Shown here piece by piece: positions 12,417 through 25,487 of a DNA stretch of 64,000 bases (position 1 is its first letter; each line of letters begins with the position of its first letter). The notes beneath the pieces are model-generated. The model saw nothing but the letters and a program-made list of their open reading frames with translations. It was not told the origin of the DNA and ran no database searches. This DNA is from Phaeosaccion multiseriatum (lineage: Eukaryota; Protista; Ochrophyta, other classes), in the NCBI GenBank assembly GCA_965112735.1, contig OZ218958.1, positions 1,240,001-1,304,000 of the forward strand. The letters are read 5' to 3'. The position numbers and the translations under genes are program-made.

Positions 12417-12962
12417 CAGCAGCAGAGAGGAAAGGAGTGAGTAGTGGCGGCGAGGGGAGGGGGGAAGGGGGGGCCTTCTTTTCCCCGTCTCATGTGACGG
12501 AGAGCTCAAGGCGAGCCAGGGGCATTTGGCAGGCAAGCAACGACAACGACAACAGCAAGAGCAGCAACAGCCTCATCTCTCTCGAGCTCTGAGCTCTGTG
12601 ATGCAAAGTCTCTTCCGTCGCACTTCACTGTTTCCTACCTGCTTGAGCCACTCCACGATCTTTCCCTCCGTCATGGTGGAGGACAGGGCGGGCATGGCCA
12701 CAGGCATAGTGTCTACGGCCATCATGCAAGGCGCCACTCCACCTCGCTTCCCGCGGCTCCTACTGCTGGTACTTCTACTGGCAGAGGCGTGGCCCCTACT
12801 GCCACAAACTCTACTGCTGCTGCTGCTGCTGCTGCTGCTTGCCACCCTGAGAGCCGCATGGGTGTGGGGAGAGACAAAGGCGCTCACTCCGTGCTCGGAG
12901 GCCAGCTGCTGCAGGAGCAACACGCAGCCTGCCGTCAGCACATGCGACGAGAATCCCGTCAT
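10258..12962 (-). CDS. Plastid pyruvate dehydrogenase E2 (dihydrolipoamide acetyltransferase), 3 exons, two lipoyl domains
   Basis: Exons 12639-12962, 12078-12309, 10258-11795 are phase-compatible. Signal peptide + VSAF plastid motif, two MPALSSTMTEGK...VESDKADMDVE lipoyl domains, two E3-binding-like segments (ASGYAK..GTDEGGRI; ATPRAR..GTGNFGRV), catalytic DHRHIYGAD of cyanobacterial/plastid type. Confidence 0.95.
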
Positions 12963-13685
12963 TCTTGACGCCGCTAACTGCTCCTAGAAAGAGGAAAGTG
13001 CCCTTCCTTCCCAACTTGCTGCTGCTGCTGCTAGGACGAGGGAAGGATTTGGCGAAGGATTGGTGGAGAAAAGATCAGAGGTCAACCGTGAAGCATCCTG
13101 CGAGTGTCATCACAGGTGGCAAATGCAACTGAGGTTCGAGCCATCGTCCCCTCGACACACCGCCCTACTACGCTTGCTTGCTCGCCTTGCCCCCCCCCCG
13201 GTTCCCTTTGATTCATTTGCGCCCCCCCCTCTTCCAGCCGCCTTCATCCACCCGCAATCCAGTACGATACTTGAGCTCTTTTGGAGCGTCAGTGCAGAGG
13301 AGACGCATCAGATGTCGCAGTAGCAAGAGAGAAGGAAAAAAGAGAGCAACGCAACCTGTTCCTGCTCATCCCCAAAATCCTTTTACTCTCCCTCCCCAAC
13401 ACGATAACAAAGAGAACAGCACCGGCACAAGCGAAAAGTCATTCATCTTACCGGCAGGAGCAGTTGTTGCTTCCCCTTCTTGTCCCGTCTGTAGGCTGTA
13501 ATATAACAAAACAAAGGGAAAAAGGAATGAGTCGCTGCATGAGCAACCATTCGACTTTGTTTATCGATCAGCTCCAGAGGAAAAGTCGCGATCGGATTGG
13601 AAGGCGGGCTCTCTCCGGAAAATGAAGGGCACTCTGTGCCTGGCTTCCCTCGACCCCCTATCTCTCTCTGTCTATCAGCTCCAAG

Positions 13686-14498
13686 ATGGGTGAGGAGGTG
13701 ACAGCAAAGATGATCGAGGATATTGTGTCGTTCCTCAAGGACTCTCGCCTCCAAATGAGAGCGTAAGTGCCCAAGATGAGGGGGAATTTAATCCTCCTCC
13801 TCCTCCACTTCCACTCACATTGCTACTATCTCTCCCTCCTGCCCTCTTTCTCTGGACCCACAGCGCTGCTGCGAACGCCACTTTGGCCGCGAGCGCCACC
13901 CCCGGCGGTGCGCAAGTGCTCCACGAGAATGGCGCTACACCGTGGCTATGCCGCCTCATAGGAGGTGAGGGAGGTACCCTTTGTTTGGTTTGTTTGGCCT
14001 TCCGACGAGCCGGTGCGCGTCCTTCGCCTCCCCAGCCACCACCTGGCTCTGCGAATCCTTACATTCCTCGCCTCCGAGAAGTGCCGTCCTTTTCCTGCCC
14101 ACTGCTTGTCCCCTCCCCCTTGTCGTCCCTCCGCACCCACCTGCTGCCTTCCTGTTCTCCTTCCCACCCACCCCCCCTCCCGACCCCACCCTATCTCCTC
14201 CCGCCCCGTCCCTCTTCTGTCCGACCAACCCCGATACCCAGACGACCCCTCCGCGGCAAAGGACGCCGTCACCACCCTCATCAATATGGGTGCCGATCTC
14301 CCGCCTTGCATGGAGGCCATGGCAGAGAGGGGCGTCGTGACCCGAGTCATGGAGTGCATTGATGACCCAACGCTCCCTGGAGAGCTCAAAAACCTCTACT
14401 TTCTGCTGCTTGCCAATCTCACCACCACGGAAGCTGGACTGCACAAGCTTCTCCAGCTACCGGAAGAGGAGGACGATGACAGTGGAAGTAGCACAAAG

Positions 14499-14535
<37 letters not shown>

Positions 14536-16048
14536 GACAGTACCTCCAGCGCCTTGTTCGCGCTTTCGTCCGAAATCCCCCTCCCGCCCCTCTCTCTCTC
14601 AACCTTGGGGGCAGCAGCGCGGAGGGGCAGGAGGGAGAACAACAAGAAGGAGAAGGAGAAGAGGAAGGAGAAGAGGGAGGCGGGGCCGCTCCTCCGCTGG
14701 ACCCTTTTCAGCATTTGGCGAGTGTGATTTGCAACGCAACGGCATCGGTGGAGGCGAGACAGCTGATCAAGCAGGCGGACAAGCGTATACTGGAGCAGTT
14801 ACTGCCGGAGTTGCTAAGTCCGAGCCTGGTGCGGCGACGAGGCGTGTCCGGAGCGGTGCGCAATTGCTGCTTTGATCAGGACGACTTGGCACGATTGCTG
14901 AGCAAGAGCGTCAATCTTGTGACTGCGGTGCTCTTGCCGCTCACAGATGACAGTTACACCTTCGAGTTTGATGAGAAGGTGAGGTGGGAGAAGGAGAAGG
15001 GGGCTTGTGGGAATGGAGGCGGGATGGGCCATCGAGGGAAAGCACACGCACTCCCTCTTGCCCTTACCTTGTGTCATTAAGCCATTAAGGCCTCAAGCCA
15101 CCCCCAAAGCCGACGTCGACCCACATCCCCTCAGGGACGATGTGATGTCTGAGGGATGCTTGCCCCCGCCGGCCGAGCCTCTCTTCTTCGAACTTGTCTC
15201 CATCCTACGACATATATACCAGTTGTTCTCTCTCGCCCTTACTCACCGCTCACGGAAGCCTTACGTAAGTCTTACATACATGCCCCCTACCGCCCGTCTC
15301 CCCTCCCTCCTTCCCTCTGTATGCCCTCACGCTGTACACATACAGGTCAAGATGGATCCGCTTCTGTGGAAGAAGGGGAAGGCCGTCCGTCTGGGATACG
15401 CAGGGCAGCCCAAAAGACCACGGAAGCGAGAACCAGACCCGCAGGTAAGAGAGGGGCAGAGGCGTGATATCGGAAGCTTTTATCACTCTATGTTTAGATT
15501 TACGCTTTACCAGGAAAGGGGGCATACAAGGCGGCGCCATAGGCATTGATGAGGCAACTCCGCACCTTCTCCTTACGTAGAACGTACTTTAAGTACCAAC
15601 CCACTAACCTGCTTGCTCGCGCATCTTTTTTCTTGTCTTCTTAATTGTGTACCCACTCCACTCCCATCCCAAATCCCTTTTGTCTGTCCTGTGTCTCTTG
15701 TCCCTTGTCTGCCTCTGCAACACACGCACGCACGCACGCACGCACGCGAACAAAAAGGTTCGGACCAACTTGATGGAAACCATTCTGCGAATCTGCGCCA
15801 CAAACAAGGCCTGTCGAGAGGTGCTGAGGGCACAGGGTGTTTACTACGTGGTGAGAGAGACGGACCAGAGGGAGCTTGATGAAGATGTGGGGCTCGTCAA
15901 TTATAATGTAGTGAACTTCTTGCAGCGGGACGAGGAGGCGGAGAAGAAGGAGCGGATAAAGATGCTCACGGAGATTAATGAGGAGGAAGGGGTGGGGGTG
16001 GGTGGGGAGCATAAAGTTACGGTTACGCAAGAAGGGGTTAGAGCAGCG

Positions 16049-16079
<31 letters not shown>

Positions 16080-16438
16080 GAGGAGGAGGAGGAGGGGGGG
16101 GGGGATCAGCAGCACCACCACCACCAGCAGTTGGTGATACAGCAGCACTAGCATCGGGGACGGCAGCAGCAGCAGCAACAACCACCACCACCACCACAAC
16201 CACCTCACCACCACCACCACCAGCAGCAACAGCAGCAGCATCAGCACCGGTACCAGCACCAGCCGGAGGAGAGGATAGGGAGGAACCAAGGAAGGAGGTC
16301 AAGGACATCACTGACGTGGAGCTCGTTTCACTGCTGGACGATGAAGACACCAAAGAGGAGGAGGTGGGGGAGATGACCAAGTCAGAGAGAATCAGCAAGC
16401 AGCAGCAGGAAGGAAAAGGTCTTACCAGCAGCAAGTAA
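13686..16438 (+). CDS. HGH1: HGH1 homolog (eEF2 chaperone, FAM203/Brp16 family), 5 exons
   Basis: Exons 13686-13762, 13864-13964, 14242-14978, 15346-15444, 15758-16438 are phase-compatible. Family motifs LLANLT, RRRGVSGAVRNCCF, KREPDPQVRTNLMETILRICAT..CREVLRAQGVYYVVRE. Confidence 0.88.
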
Positions 16439-16944
16439 TACGAAGACCGATGGATGACAAAAGTACAAAAGGTTTTATTCCTATTTCTTAGTCCAGTACA
16501 CGAACGACGAACGACGAAGAGGTGGCACGGCGCCTCTGTATCCACACACCCACACTCCTTCTATCCCTCCCTCCTCCCAGCGACAAAAAAGTAACGCTGA
16601 GGTCCAGGTGCATACGTATGCGGAAAAAACAAAAAGAAAAAAGTCCCGTACGCTTGCGTGATGGTACACAGTAAAAGACAAGAGGAGGAAGGAAGAAGAG
16701 GAGAGATAGATAGAGAGAGAGACAGAGAGAGAGAGACAGAGAGAGAGAGAGGGAGGGAGAGAGAGAGAAAGTGAGAGATGAGCGTATCCACCGTCCCTCC
16801 CGCCACACTACATGTCGTGCATGAGGAGCGGCGCCATCAAGGCGGTGGCTCTTGCCTCACAGGTTGGTCGTACTGCCTCACAGGTTGCCCAATTCACGGA
16901 CGCGCCTAACAAACTGCACTGACTCAGAGGTTGGTTGTACCGCC

Positions 16945-19900
16945 TCACAGGTTGGCTTTGGATGACACCGCATACGTCTTGGGGATGGTTCGGGGAGGGT
17001 TGAGGGGTGCGGGAGGAGAGGCCTTCTTGCCTCCTCCGCCTCTGCTGCTCTTCTTCTTGATGGCCGCCAGCTTGGAGGCAATCTTCCTGCCGTAGTCTGC
17101 ATCCGCAGCGGCAAAGTTGGCGACGGCTCGCTGTTGGAGGAACTCTTGTGCTCCGGACAGGTGGCCTGGGGAGGGGAGAGGAGGAGGAGGAGAAGAAGAA
17201 GAAGGAGGAGGAGGAGAGGAGGAGGAGGAGGAGGAGAGGAGGAGCAGGAGGAGGAGGAGGAGGAGGAGTAGAAGGAGCAGGAGAAGGAGGAGGAGGAGGA
17301 GGAGGAGGAGGAGGAGGAGGAGGAGGACGAGGAGTAGAAGGAGCAGCAGGAGGAGGAGGAGGACGAGGAGTAGAAGGAGCAGGAGGAGGAGGAAGAAGAA
17401 GAAGAAGAAGAAGAAGAAGAAGAAGAAGAAGAAGAAGAAGGAGGAGGAGGAGCGGGGGGGGGGAGGAGGGGGAGGGGGAGGAGGAGGAGTGGGAGAATGA
17501 ATGAATGCAACACTTGGGTAGGAGAGCGCACAGTGCAGTGACATGAGATACAACCCACACGCACTCACGCACACACGCGCGCACGCACGCACGCACGTCA
17601 CTCACGGCACGCACGCAGTCACCCATTCATTCACTTTGTGTGGAAAGAGTCGGACCGACAGTGCTCCGCACTCCCGTCCCCTCCCCTCTCGGTTTCCTCC
17701 CCTCCCCTTCCCTCCTCCCCTGCCCTTCACCCCTCCCCTCCCACTCCCACTCCCACTCCCTTGCTCCAACGCCTCACCAGCAATGTTATCCGTCAGCCTC
17801 TCTCTCGCTCCCTGGTCCATCACCGACCGATACAGATCGCCTGCCTGCTTGAAGTTCTCCTCATCTGCTGAGTTGTAACGGGCCACATCTGCCGTCCCGG
17901 CCACACCCTTCGAGTAAGAGTCAGTGTGCCAGGCCTGCTTGGTGTCAGGCTGCGGGCCGCTGAAGGAGTTAGGGAAATAGTTGGGGGCGTCTCCTTGGTT
18001 GGAGTCGACTCGCATGGGCCCATCTCGTTGGTAGTTGGCCACATCGGAGTTGAAAGCCCTGTTGTGTTTAGGGAGGGGGGGGGGGGCGTTGTGGTAAGAG
18101 GGGTTGTTGGACAAGGAGGTGAAAAGGAGCGGGCATAAGCTGTCTGTATGTATGACACCTCATTCACCTCACTACCTTTCTCACTCCCTTCCTCACTCCC
18201 TCCCTCCCTCCGTTACTGACTCACTCACAGAGTCACTCCCTCCGTCACTGACTCACTCACAGAGTCACTCACTCAGTCACTCACTCACTCACTCACTCAC
18301 TCACTCACTCACTCACAGAGTCACTCACTCACAGAGTCACTCACTCACTCACTCACTCACTCACTCACTCACTCACTCACGCATTCATTGACTCACTGAC
18401 CCACTGACTCACTCACTCACTCACTCACTCCCTCCCTCCCTCCCTCCCTCCCTCCATCACAAACCCGCTCACTCACTCACTCAGTCACTCAGTCACTCAG
18501 TCGCTCACTCACTCACTCAGTCGCTCACTCACTCACTCCCACACTCTCTCACTCACTCAATCACTCACTCACTCACTCACTCACCTGTTGACAGGGATCT
18601 GCTCATAGTTGGCCCCTAGCCTGTGCCTGTGCGTGTCATTGTAGCTGAAGAGCCTGCCCTGCAGCATCTTGTCTGGCGAGGGCTCAATGCCAGGTACCAT
18701 CTGAGAGGGGGCAAAAGCGATCTGCTCGACCTCTGCGAAGTAGTTCTGTGAGAGGAGGAGGACGACGACGCCGAGGAGGGGAAGGAGGGAGGAAGAGGAG
18801 GAGGAGGAGGAGGAGGAGGAGAGGGAGGAGGGGAGGAGGAGGACAAGGAGGAGGAGTAGAAGGCGGAGGAGGGATAAGACAGCTATAAATCACTATCCAG
18901 CATGCATCCTTTTCCAAGGCGCGCAGGGAGGAGGGTGGCGGCAGTCACACACACACACGCACGCACGCACGCATGGGCAAGACTGACGCACCTCCGGGTT
19001 TCTGTTGAGCACCATACGGCCGACCTCGGCGAGAGGGAAGTCCTTGTGCGGCCACACCTTGGTCAGATCGAAAGGGTTGAAGGGGGCCCTCTCAGCCTGG
19101 GCATACGTCATCACCTGCGGGGGAGGGGCGGAGGAGGGACGGAGACGAGGAGAGAGTGGAGGAGGAGAGGAGGGGAGGAGGGAGGGAGGAGGAGAGAGAG
19201 TCACTAAGTGAGTGAGTGGGTGAGTGGGTGGCTGGGTAAGTAAATGAGTGAACATTCCTTCCTTCCTTCGTTCTTTCCTTCCCTCTTAAGTGAGTAAGTG
19301 AATGAGGGAGGGAGAGAGTGAGGAGTGCCTAAGTGATTGTCTGGGTGAGTAAGTGAGCGTGAGTGTGTGCGTGAGTGAGACAATGACAGTGAGTAAACTA
19401 TTATACCTGCATGTACATGGTCCAGCTTGGAAAGTCTCCCTCTCCGATGGCGTTGTACAAGTCGCGCTGGGCGTAGTTGGGGTCCGAGCCGCACAGCTTG
19501 CCTGCGGTACCCAAACAGCAACAGGAGGAGGAGGAGGAGGAGGAGGAGGAGGAGGAGGGGATAGACATGAGGCATTGGCGTAAAGGTAGAATGGAAGAGA
19601 GGAAGGAGCGAGAGAATGATAAGCGAGGAGCAAAGAAAAGGAGGGAGAGGAGCGACACGAACCGCACCAACACACATCATCACGTACGTACATACGTACA
19701 TACAAACATCCGTAAGTACGTACGTACATACAACACAGTCATACATAACGATACGTACCAGCCTCGTCCGCGGAGAGACACCGAATACCCTGATCCGTCT
19801 TGAGATGGTACTTGACGTACACCGCCTCTCCCTTGGCATTCACGTTCTTGAAGGTGTGTCCTCCGTAACCGTTCATGTGTCTGTAACCGTCGGGCGTCCC

Positions 19901-21731
19901 TCGGTCGCTAAACAGGATGGTCACCATGTGAGTGGTCTCGGGTCTGAGAGAAATGAAGTCCCAGAAGGCATCTGGGTCGGGAAGGTGGGTGCGAGGATTC
20001 CGCTTCTGGGTGTGGATGAAGCTGGGGAAGAGGATGGGATCCCGAACTGGGGTGGAGTAGGAGAAGTGAGGGGGAGGGGGGACGGGGCGGGGAAGGGGAA
20101 GGGGAAGGGGAAGGGGAAAGGGTTTCGTTTCGGTAAGTTTAGGGAGAGAAGACATGTGTGCGTGAGTGGGGTTGGTGGGTACATGTGCAAGACGAGAGGA
20201 TGACGACGACGCTTCCCAGCCAAAAACAAAATCATTCATGATTCACTCACTGAAGAAGACGGGCACGTTGTTAGCCACTAGGTCCCAGTTCCCCTCCTCG
20301 GTGTAGAACTTCACAGCGTAGCCGCGAGGGTCTCGGGCAGTGTCAGCGCTGCCGCTCTCGCCTCCCACGGTGCTGAAGCGGGCACCCACAGGGGTCCTCT
20401 TACCCACACTGCTGAACATCTTTGCCCTTGTGAACTGTTGGGCGAAGGGGGTGGTGACTTCGAAGTAGCCAAACGCGCCTGCATTAGGGGACGGGATTGG
20501 ATGGATGGCAGCGGATGGCACCGGGAGGGGGTGGCAGGAGAGGGGAGGCAGATGGTTAGAGGGGGGTAGAGGATGGCAGGGGAGGGTCTACTGTGGGTGG
20601 GAGCGAAGGGAGGGAGAGGGTGATGAGGGTGTACTTTGTGGCAAGACGAAAGAGCAGTGTGTTTGTGTGTGTGTGTGTGTGTGTGCGTGCGTGTGTGTAT
20701 GCGCGTTTGCTTCAGCCATTTTGTCATCCTGACCGCTGAGAGAGAGAAAAGATGGAGCGAGAGAGAGCGTGCGCGCAAAGGGGTGGACTCCGTACTATGC
20801 AACCCAGTCAGAGGCAAGACGGGCCGAAGACACATGGCGTGGAGCCTGCGCATAAAAAGATTCGAAACCGCGACACACCACTGCACTACACCGAACACTA
20901 ACCTGAGCCTTTGGCATGCACCACTCGCTCAGGGATCCTCTCCCTGTCGAAGTGAGCAAGGTGGTCGATCAGGGTAAAGTCCTGCAGCAGAATGGGTCCA
21001 CGGGGGCCCACAGTCTGCGACTCTGTGATGCTCTCAATGGGGCGTCCGCCGCTGGTGGTCAGGGTCTGTGGGAGAAGAGGAGGAGAGGGGGAGAGGAAGG
21101 GTGGTGGGGAGGGGAAGGAGTCAAAGGCAATGTCGGTAGTGAATGTATTGATATTGACCAATCAAAGGGGGGGGGGTCATCGAAGTGGGACCCCCATTGA
21201 AGCGTCAACAGCAGCTGGGATTGGCCCCAACGCAGTAAGATACCCTGGAGTTTCGTGCCCCAGAGGCACTTTGCGACACAGCGCCACTTGTCTCCTTCCC
21301 CCCGTTCTCGACAGAGACGGTATCGAGTACTCAACAAACACCAGCCCAGCACACCTCTCTGCCTTACTCTTCTCCCCTCCAAGCGCACTTCCATGCGTGT
21401 GGGGAAGTCAGCTCAGCAATTGGGCATGAGCTTTCACAGGCGCGGCGCAGTATCAGAATTGACTCCGTCCCAAGCCCCTTCTACCCCTCCATCTCTTCGC
21501 GTCTACTTTGCCCCTCTGACGTAGGCTCCTCTTTCGCCTGTCTCCCTCCGCTTTCTCTCTCAACCTCTTGGCGCCTCTTGCGTCTTGTTGAAGTGCTTCA
21601 TGGAAAACAGTCCGCTGGTCATGAGTCATCAACAAGTCAAAAGCTCTTCGTCCATACATACTCACCCGCTTGCCCGAGGCCCCGGAGGCAAAGGCCTGCA
21701 GCTGATTATCAGCCTTATCCCTTCCAGACAT
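16945..21731 (-). CDS. CAT: Monofunctional heme catalase (clade 3 type), 9 exons, C-terminal KANL
   Basis: Exons 21666-21731, 20903-21065, 20251-20478, 19760-20046, 19407-19501, 18992-19114, 18585-18745, 17778-18058, 16945-17165. Active site [36 protein letters not shown], heme ligand [14 protein letters not shown]. Confidence 0.97.
18170..18584. repeat. (CACT)n tetranucleotide microsatellite in a catalase intron
   Basis: Direct observation. A similar tract lies at 31482-31655. Confidence 0.9.
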
Positions 21732-21864
21732 GGTGGGTTAATGAGTGCTCCGCAGAGAGAAGGGAGAGAAGGGAAGGGGGGAAGTCGGGGAGCAGATATT
21801 GGATTGTGGGTGAAAAGCCCATATGCCTTTTCGGAGAAAAGCCCATATGCCTTTTGGAGGAGGA

Positions 21865-22019
21865 GGGTGGGCGGCGACCCAGGCCTGGAACCTGGCCCGC
21901 TGGCGAGGCTTGGCAGAGCAGCCTTGGCCCTCATCATTGCCTTATCACATGGCTTTACCCCGCCGGCCAGAACCTGGAACCTGAGTCGCCTCTAAACCTT
22001 AACCTTTTCAGGGGCCGAC
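21865..22019. repeat. Dispersed repeat copy related to the elements at 50630-51096
   Basis: Shares GGCCCTCATCATTGCCTTAT(C/T)ACATGGCTTT, CCAGAACCTGGAACCTG and the GTCGCCTC...TCAGGGGCCGA right end with 50940-51096. Confidence 0.8.
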
Positions 22020-22158
22020 TACTGTAATTGAAGAGAGAAAAGAGATTATATCGGCCATTTTGTACACATGTTTGTGTGCATTAACATTATCCGGTGTATA
22101 CACTCCGCCATACCTGTCCAGCTCCTGAGCTCCTACTGAGCTCCTGACCACTCAGCAG

Positions 22159-22241
22159 CTAAGTCTTGAGCATCCTCTTGATGCGCTTCTTGAGGCTCAA
22201 TTTGGCACCGCCTGTGCTGTCCCTGCCCCCATTGGCTACTC

Positions 22242-22276
<35 letters not shown>

Positions 22277-25200
22277 CCTCCTCCTGCTCCATCCCCTCTT
22301 TCTCCTCCTCCCCCCCCCCCCCCCCCTCCTCCAGCTCCATCCCCTCCTCCTCCTCCTCCTCCTCCTCCTCCTCCTCCTCCTCCTCCTCCTCCTCCTCCTC
22401 CTCCTCCTCCTCCTCCTGCTGCTGCTGCTGCTGCTGGCGAAGCAATCGGCTTGAGCGCGACGCCTCTAGGCCCTTCCGGATTCAGAATCAGCTTCGTGCC
22501 ATTGCCTTGAGTGGACGTGTGCCCGGCGTTCGTCTGCGGGTGGATGGCCATAGGTGGCGAGTGAGTGAGGGGTTGAGTGCGTGTGTGCGTGAGTGAGTGA
22601 GTGGGTGGGGGGAAGTTAGGGGGTGGGTGGACGGATGAATGGATGGGTGGGTGAGTGAGAGTGTAGTCGGGTGGGGTGCGGGCAGGCGCAGGGAACAAAC
22701 AGAGAAATAACAAAAGAGAGAAAGAACGATGGAGCAGAGGGAGAGAGAAGGAAGAAAGAGAGAGAGCGCGAAGGGAGAAAGAGAGAGAGAGAAAGAGAGA
22801 GATAATAGAAGCGCTGAGCTGCGAAAGCAAAACCAAACGTGAAACAGCCCAACAAGAGGCCTCGCGCGTTGTTGAGCTGCTTGTCCAATCATTCTCCACC
22901 TAAGCCAATCTTTCGCCCCCTCCCTTGTCCATCTTCCTTTCCTCTCCTGTCCATCTTCCTTCCGTCCCTTCCCTTCCCTCCCTCTCTGCCTTCCTTTCCC
23001 TTCCCTTCCCGACACGGACCTGAAGAATGCTTGCAGCTCCATTCTGTGGTACTGGCTCCTTCCCGAGCTGCCCATTCCACTCCGCAAACTTAGCCATCAG
23101 CGCCTCAGTATCGACCTGAAGGGAGGGAGAGAGAGAGGGAGAGAGGGAGGGAGGGAGGGGAGGGAGCAAGAATGGGAGAGAGGGAGGGAGGAAGGAAGGA
23201 AGGGGTAGGAAGGAAGGAAGGAAGGAAGGAAGAAAGGAAGCAAGCAAGCAAGGAAAGAAGGAAGGAAGGAAGGAAAGGAGAAAGAAGGTGTAAATACGTA
23301 ATAATCAGCCAGGTGCCCACCGCACCCCGCCCTCCTCTCTCACCTGCTGCGCCGGAGTCGTCGAGGCCTTGATAGCTCGAGACGGCCCCACACCTGCTCC
23401 AGCCCCTCCGGCCCAACCATCGGGAGCTCCTTCCTCGAGCTTCAAAGTCGGCGACAAAGGGCCCACGGGGTTTGTGTGTGTGTACCGTGCCGACTTTGAG
23501 TTGCCGAGGCTGCTGCGAGAGCTGCTGCCAACACCTTTAAGCAGAGCCTTTGGTCCTCGTGGAGACGTATCAAAAATCTTGCTTGTCTTGCGATTGCTGC
23601 CTGGCCGCTCCACAAGCACCACGTCTCCGTTCCCCCACCCCGGGGTTCCTCCTCCTCCTCCTCCTCCTCCCCCTCCTCCCCCTCCTCCCCCTCCCCCTCC
23701 TCCTCCCCCTTCTCCTCCTCCTCCTCCTCCTCCTCCTCCTCCTCCTCCTCCTCCTCCTCCTCCTCCTCCTCTCCCTCCTCCACCTACTGGTGTTAATAGG
23801 TTCCCACTCCCGGTGCTCGAGTGCGGAGTCAGTCGCAGGCGGCTGGGAAGGCCTGCGTCGGCAATAGTACTGCCAAAGGCACTACTAAAGGCACTCCCGG
23901 GTCCTCCTACTGCTCCTGCCCCTCCTGCTGCCCCTGCCCCTCCTCCTGCTGCTGCTGCCCCTCCTCCTGCTGCTGCTGCCGCCCCTCCTGCTCCTTCTTC
24001 CCCTCCTCCTGCTCCTTCCCCTCCTCCTGCTGCTGCTGCCCCTCCTCCTACTCCTCCCTCTCCTCCTGCTCCTGCCCCTCCTACTGCTCCTTCCCCACCA
24101 GCTGCTCCTTCCCCTCCTCCTGCTGCTGCTGCTGCCCCTCCCTCTCTTGCTGCCCCTGCGTCTCCTACTGCTCCAGTCCCTCCTGCTGCTCCTGCTGTGG
24201 CGAGGCATGGAGAGGTGTCACCTCTACCGCTGGTGCTATTCCTTTGGCCGTGCGCGCTCCCGCTCACACTCACATGGTTGCCACAACCCTTTCGGTGGCT
24301 GTGATCACTCATGTGGATGCTGATGCGCTCTCCCGAGGACAGGCTCTCTGACAAGGAGTGAGGACGGAAGGAAGGAAGGAAGGAAGGAAGGAAGGAAGGA
24401 AGGAAGGAAGGGGGGAGGGAGGGAAGTAGCAAGGAAGGAAGGGAGGGAGAGAGTAAGTAAGCAAGCAAGGAAGGAAGCAAGGCAGAGTCAACTCCACCTC
24501 CCTATCTTCTCTCTCTCTTCTTCACCTCTGAGAGATCACCTCTTTTCCCTCTTCTCTCTTCTCTCTCCCTCTGCCCCTGCCCTTCCTCCTTCCCTCTATA
24601 CCACCAACTCCCTCACCTCTGACGGATATGACCTCCACCTCGTACACCACATGCGAGTTCTTCGGCACCAAGTCACCGTGGCCTTCCTCGCCGTACGCAA
24701 GGGGCGGGGTGACGCATATCCACGCCCTCTGTCCAGGGGCGAGGCGCTTCAGCCCAGCTTCAAGGCCCTTGGTGACTTGACCTGATGGAATGGGATGGAA
24801 GTGGATGGCAGCGGATGGCAACGGATGGGATTGGAGTGGATGGCAGTGGATGGGATGGGAGTGGGTGGCAGTGGATGGCAACGGATGGGATTGGAGTGGA
24901 TGGCAGTGGATGGCAACGGATGGGATTGGAGTGGATGGGATGGGATTGGAGGGGATGGCAACGGATGGGATTGGAGCGGATGGGATGGGATTGGTGGGGA
25001 TGGCAGTGGATGACAACGGGTGGGATTGGAGGGGATGGCAGTGGATGGCAACGGATGTGGATGGGATGAGATGGGATGGGGATGGCAACGGATGCGATTG
25101 GAGTGGATGGGATGGGTATGGAGGGGATGGCAACGGATGGGATTGGAGGGGATGGCAACGGATGGGATTGGAGTGGATGGGATGGGATTGGCGGGGATGG

Positions 25201-25455
25201 CAGTGGATGGCAACGGATGGGATTGGAGTGGATGGGATGGGATGGGATGGATGCAATCAGAGTTGATTAAGTGAGTGAGTGAGTGAGTAGAGTAGGAGGA
25301 GAGAAGGAAGGGGGGATCGCATCATGACCACGACCACAAGATAGAGATAGACAACTAGAGACAGAAGTACTCTTACGCATAGCGTAACATGACTAAACAC
25401 GTTCCAATCTTCTCTTTTCGTCTCTACCTCTCTCTCCCTCTCTCCTTTTCTACCG

Positions 25456-25487
<32 letters not shown>

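Noticed and set aside
23369-24304. Pro-rich 311-aa plus-strand ORF resembling a formin or extensin
   Set aside because: Antisense shadow of the Gly/Ala-rich exon of the SH3-FKBP gene.
24522-25274. Repetitive ORFs (HPIPS / GWDWSG repeats)
   Set aside because: Translations of an intronic minisatellite. Only 24617-24781 is a real exon.
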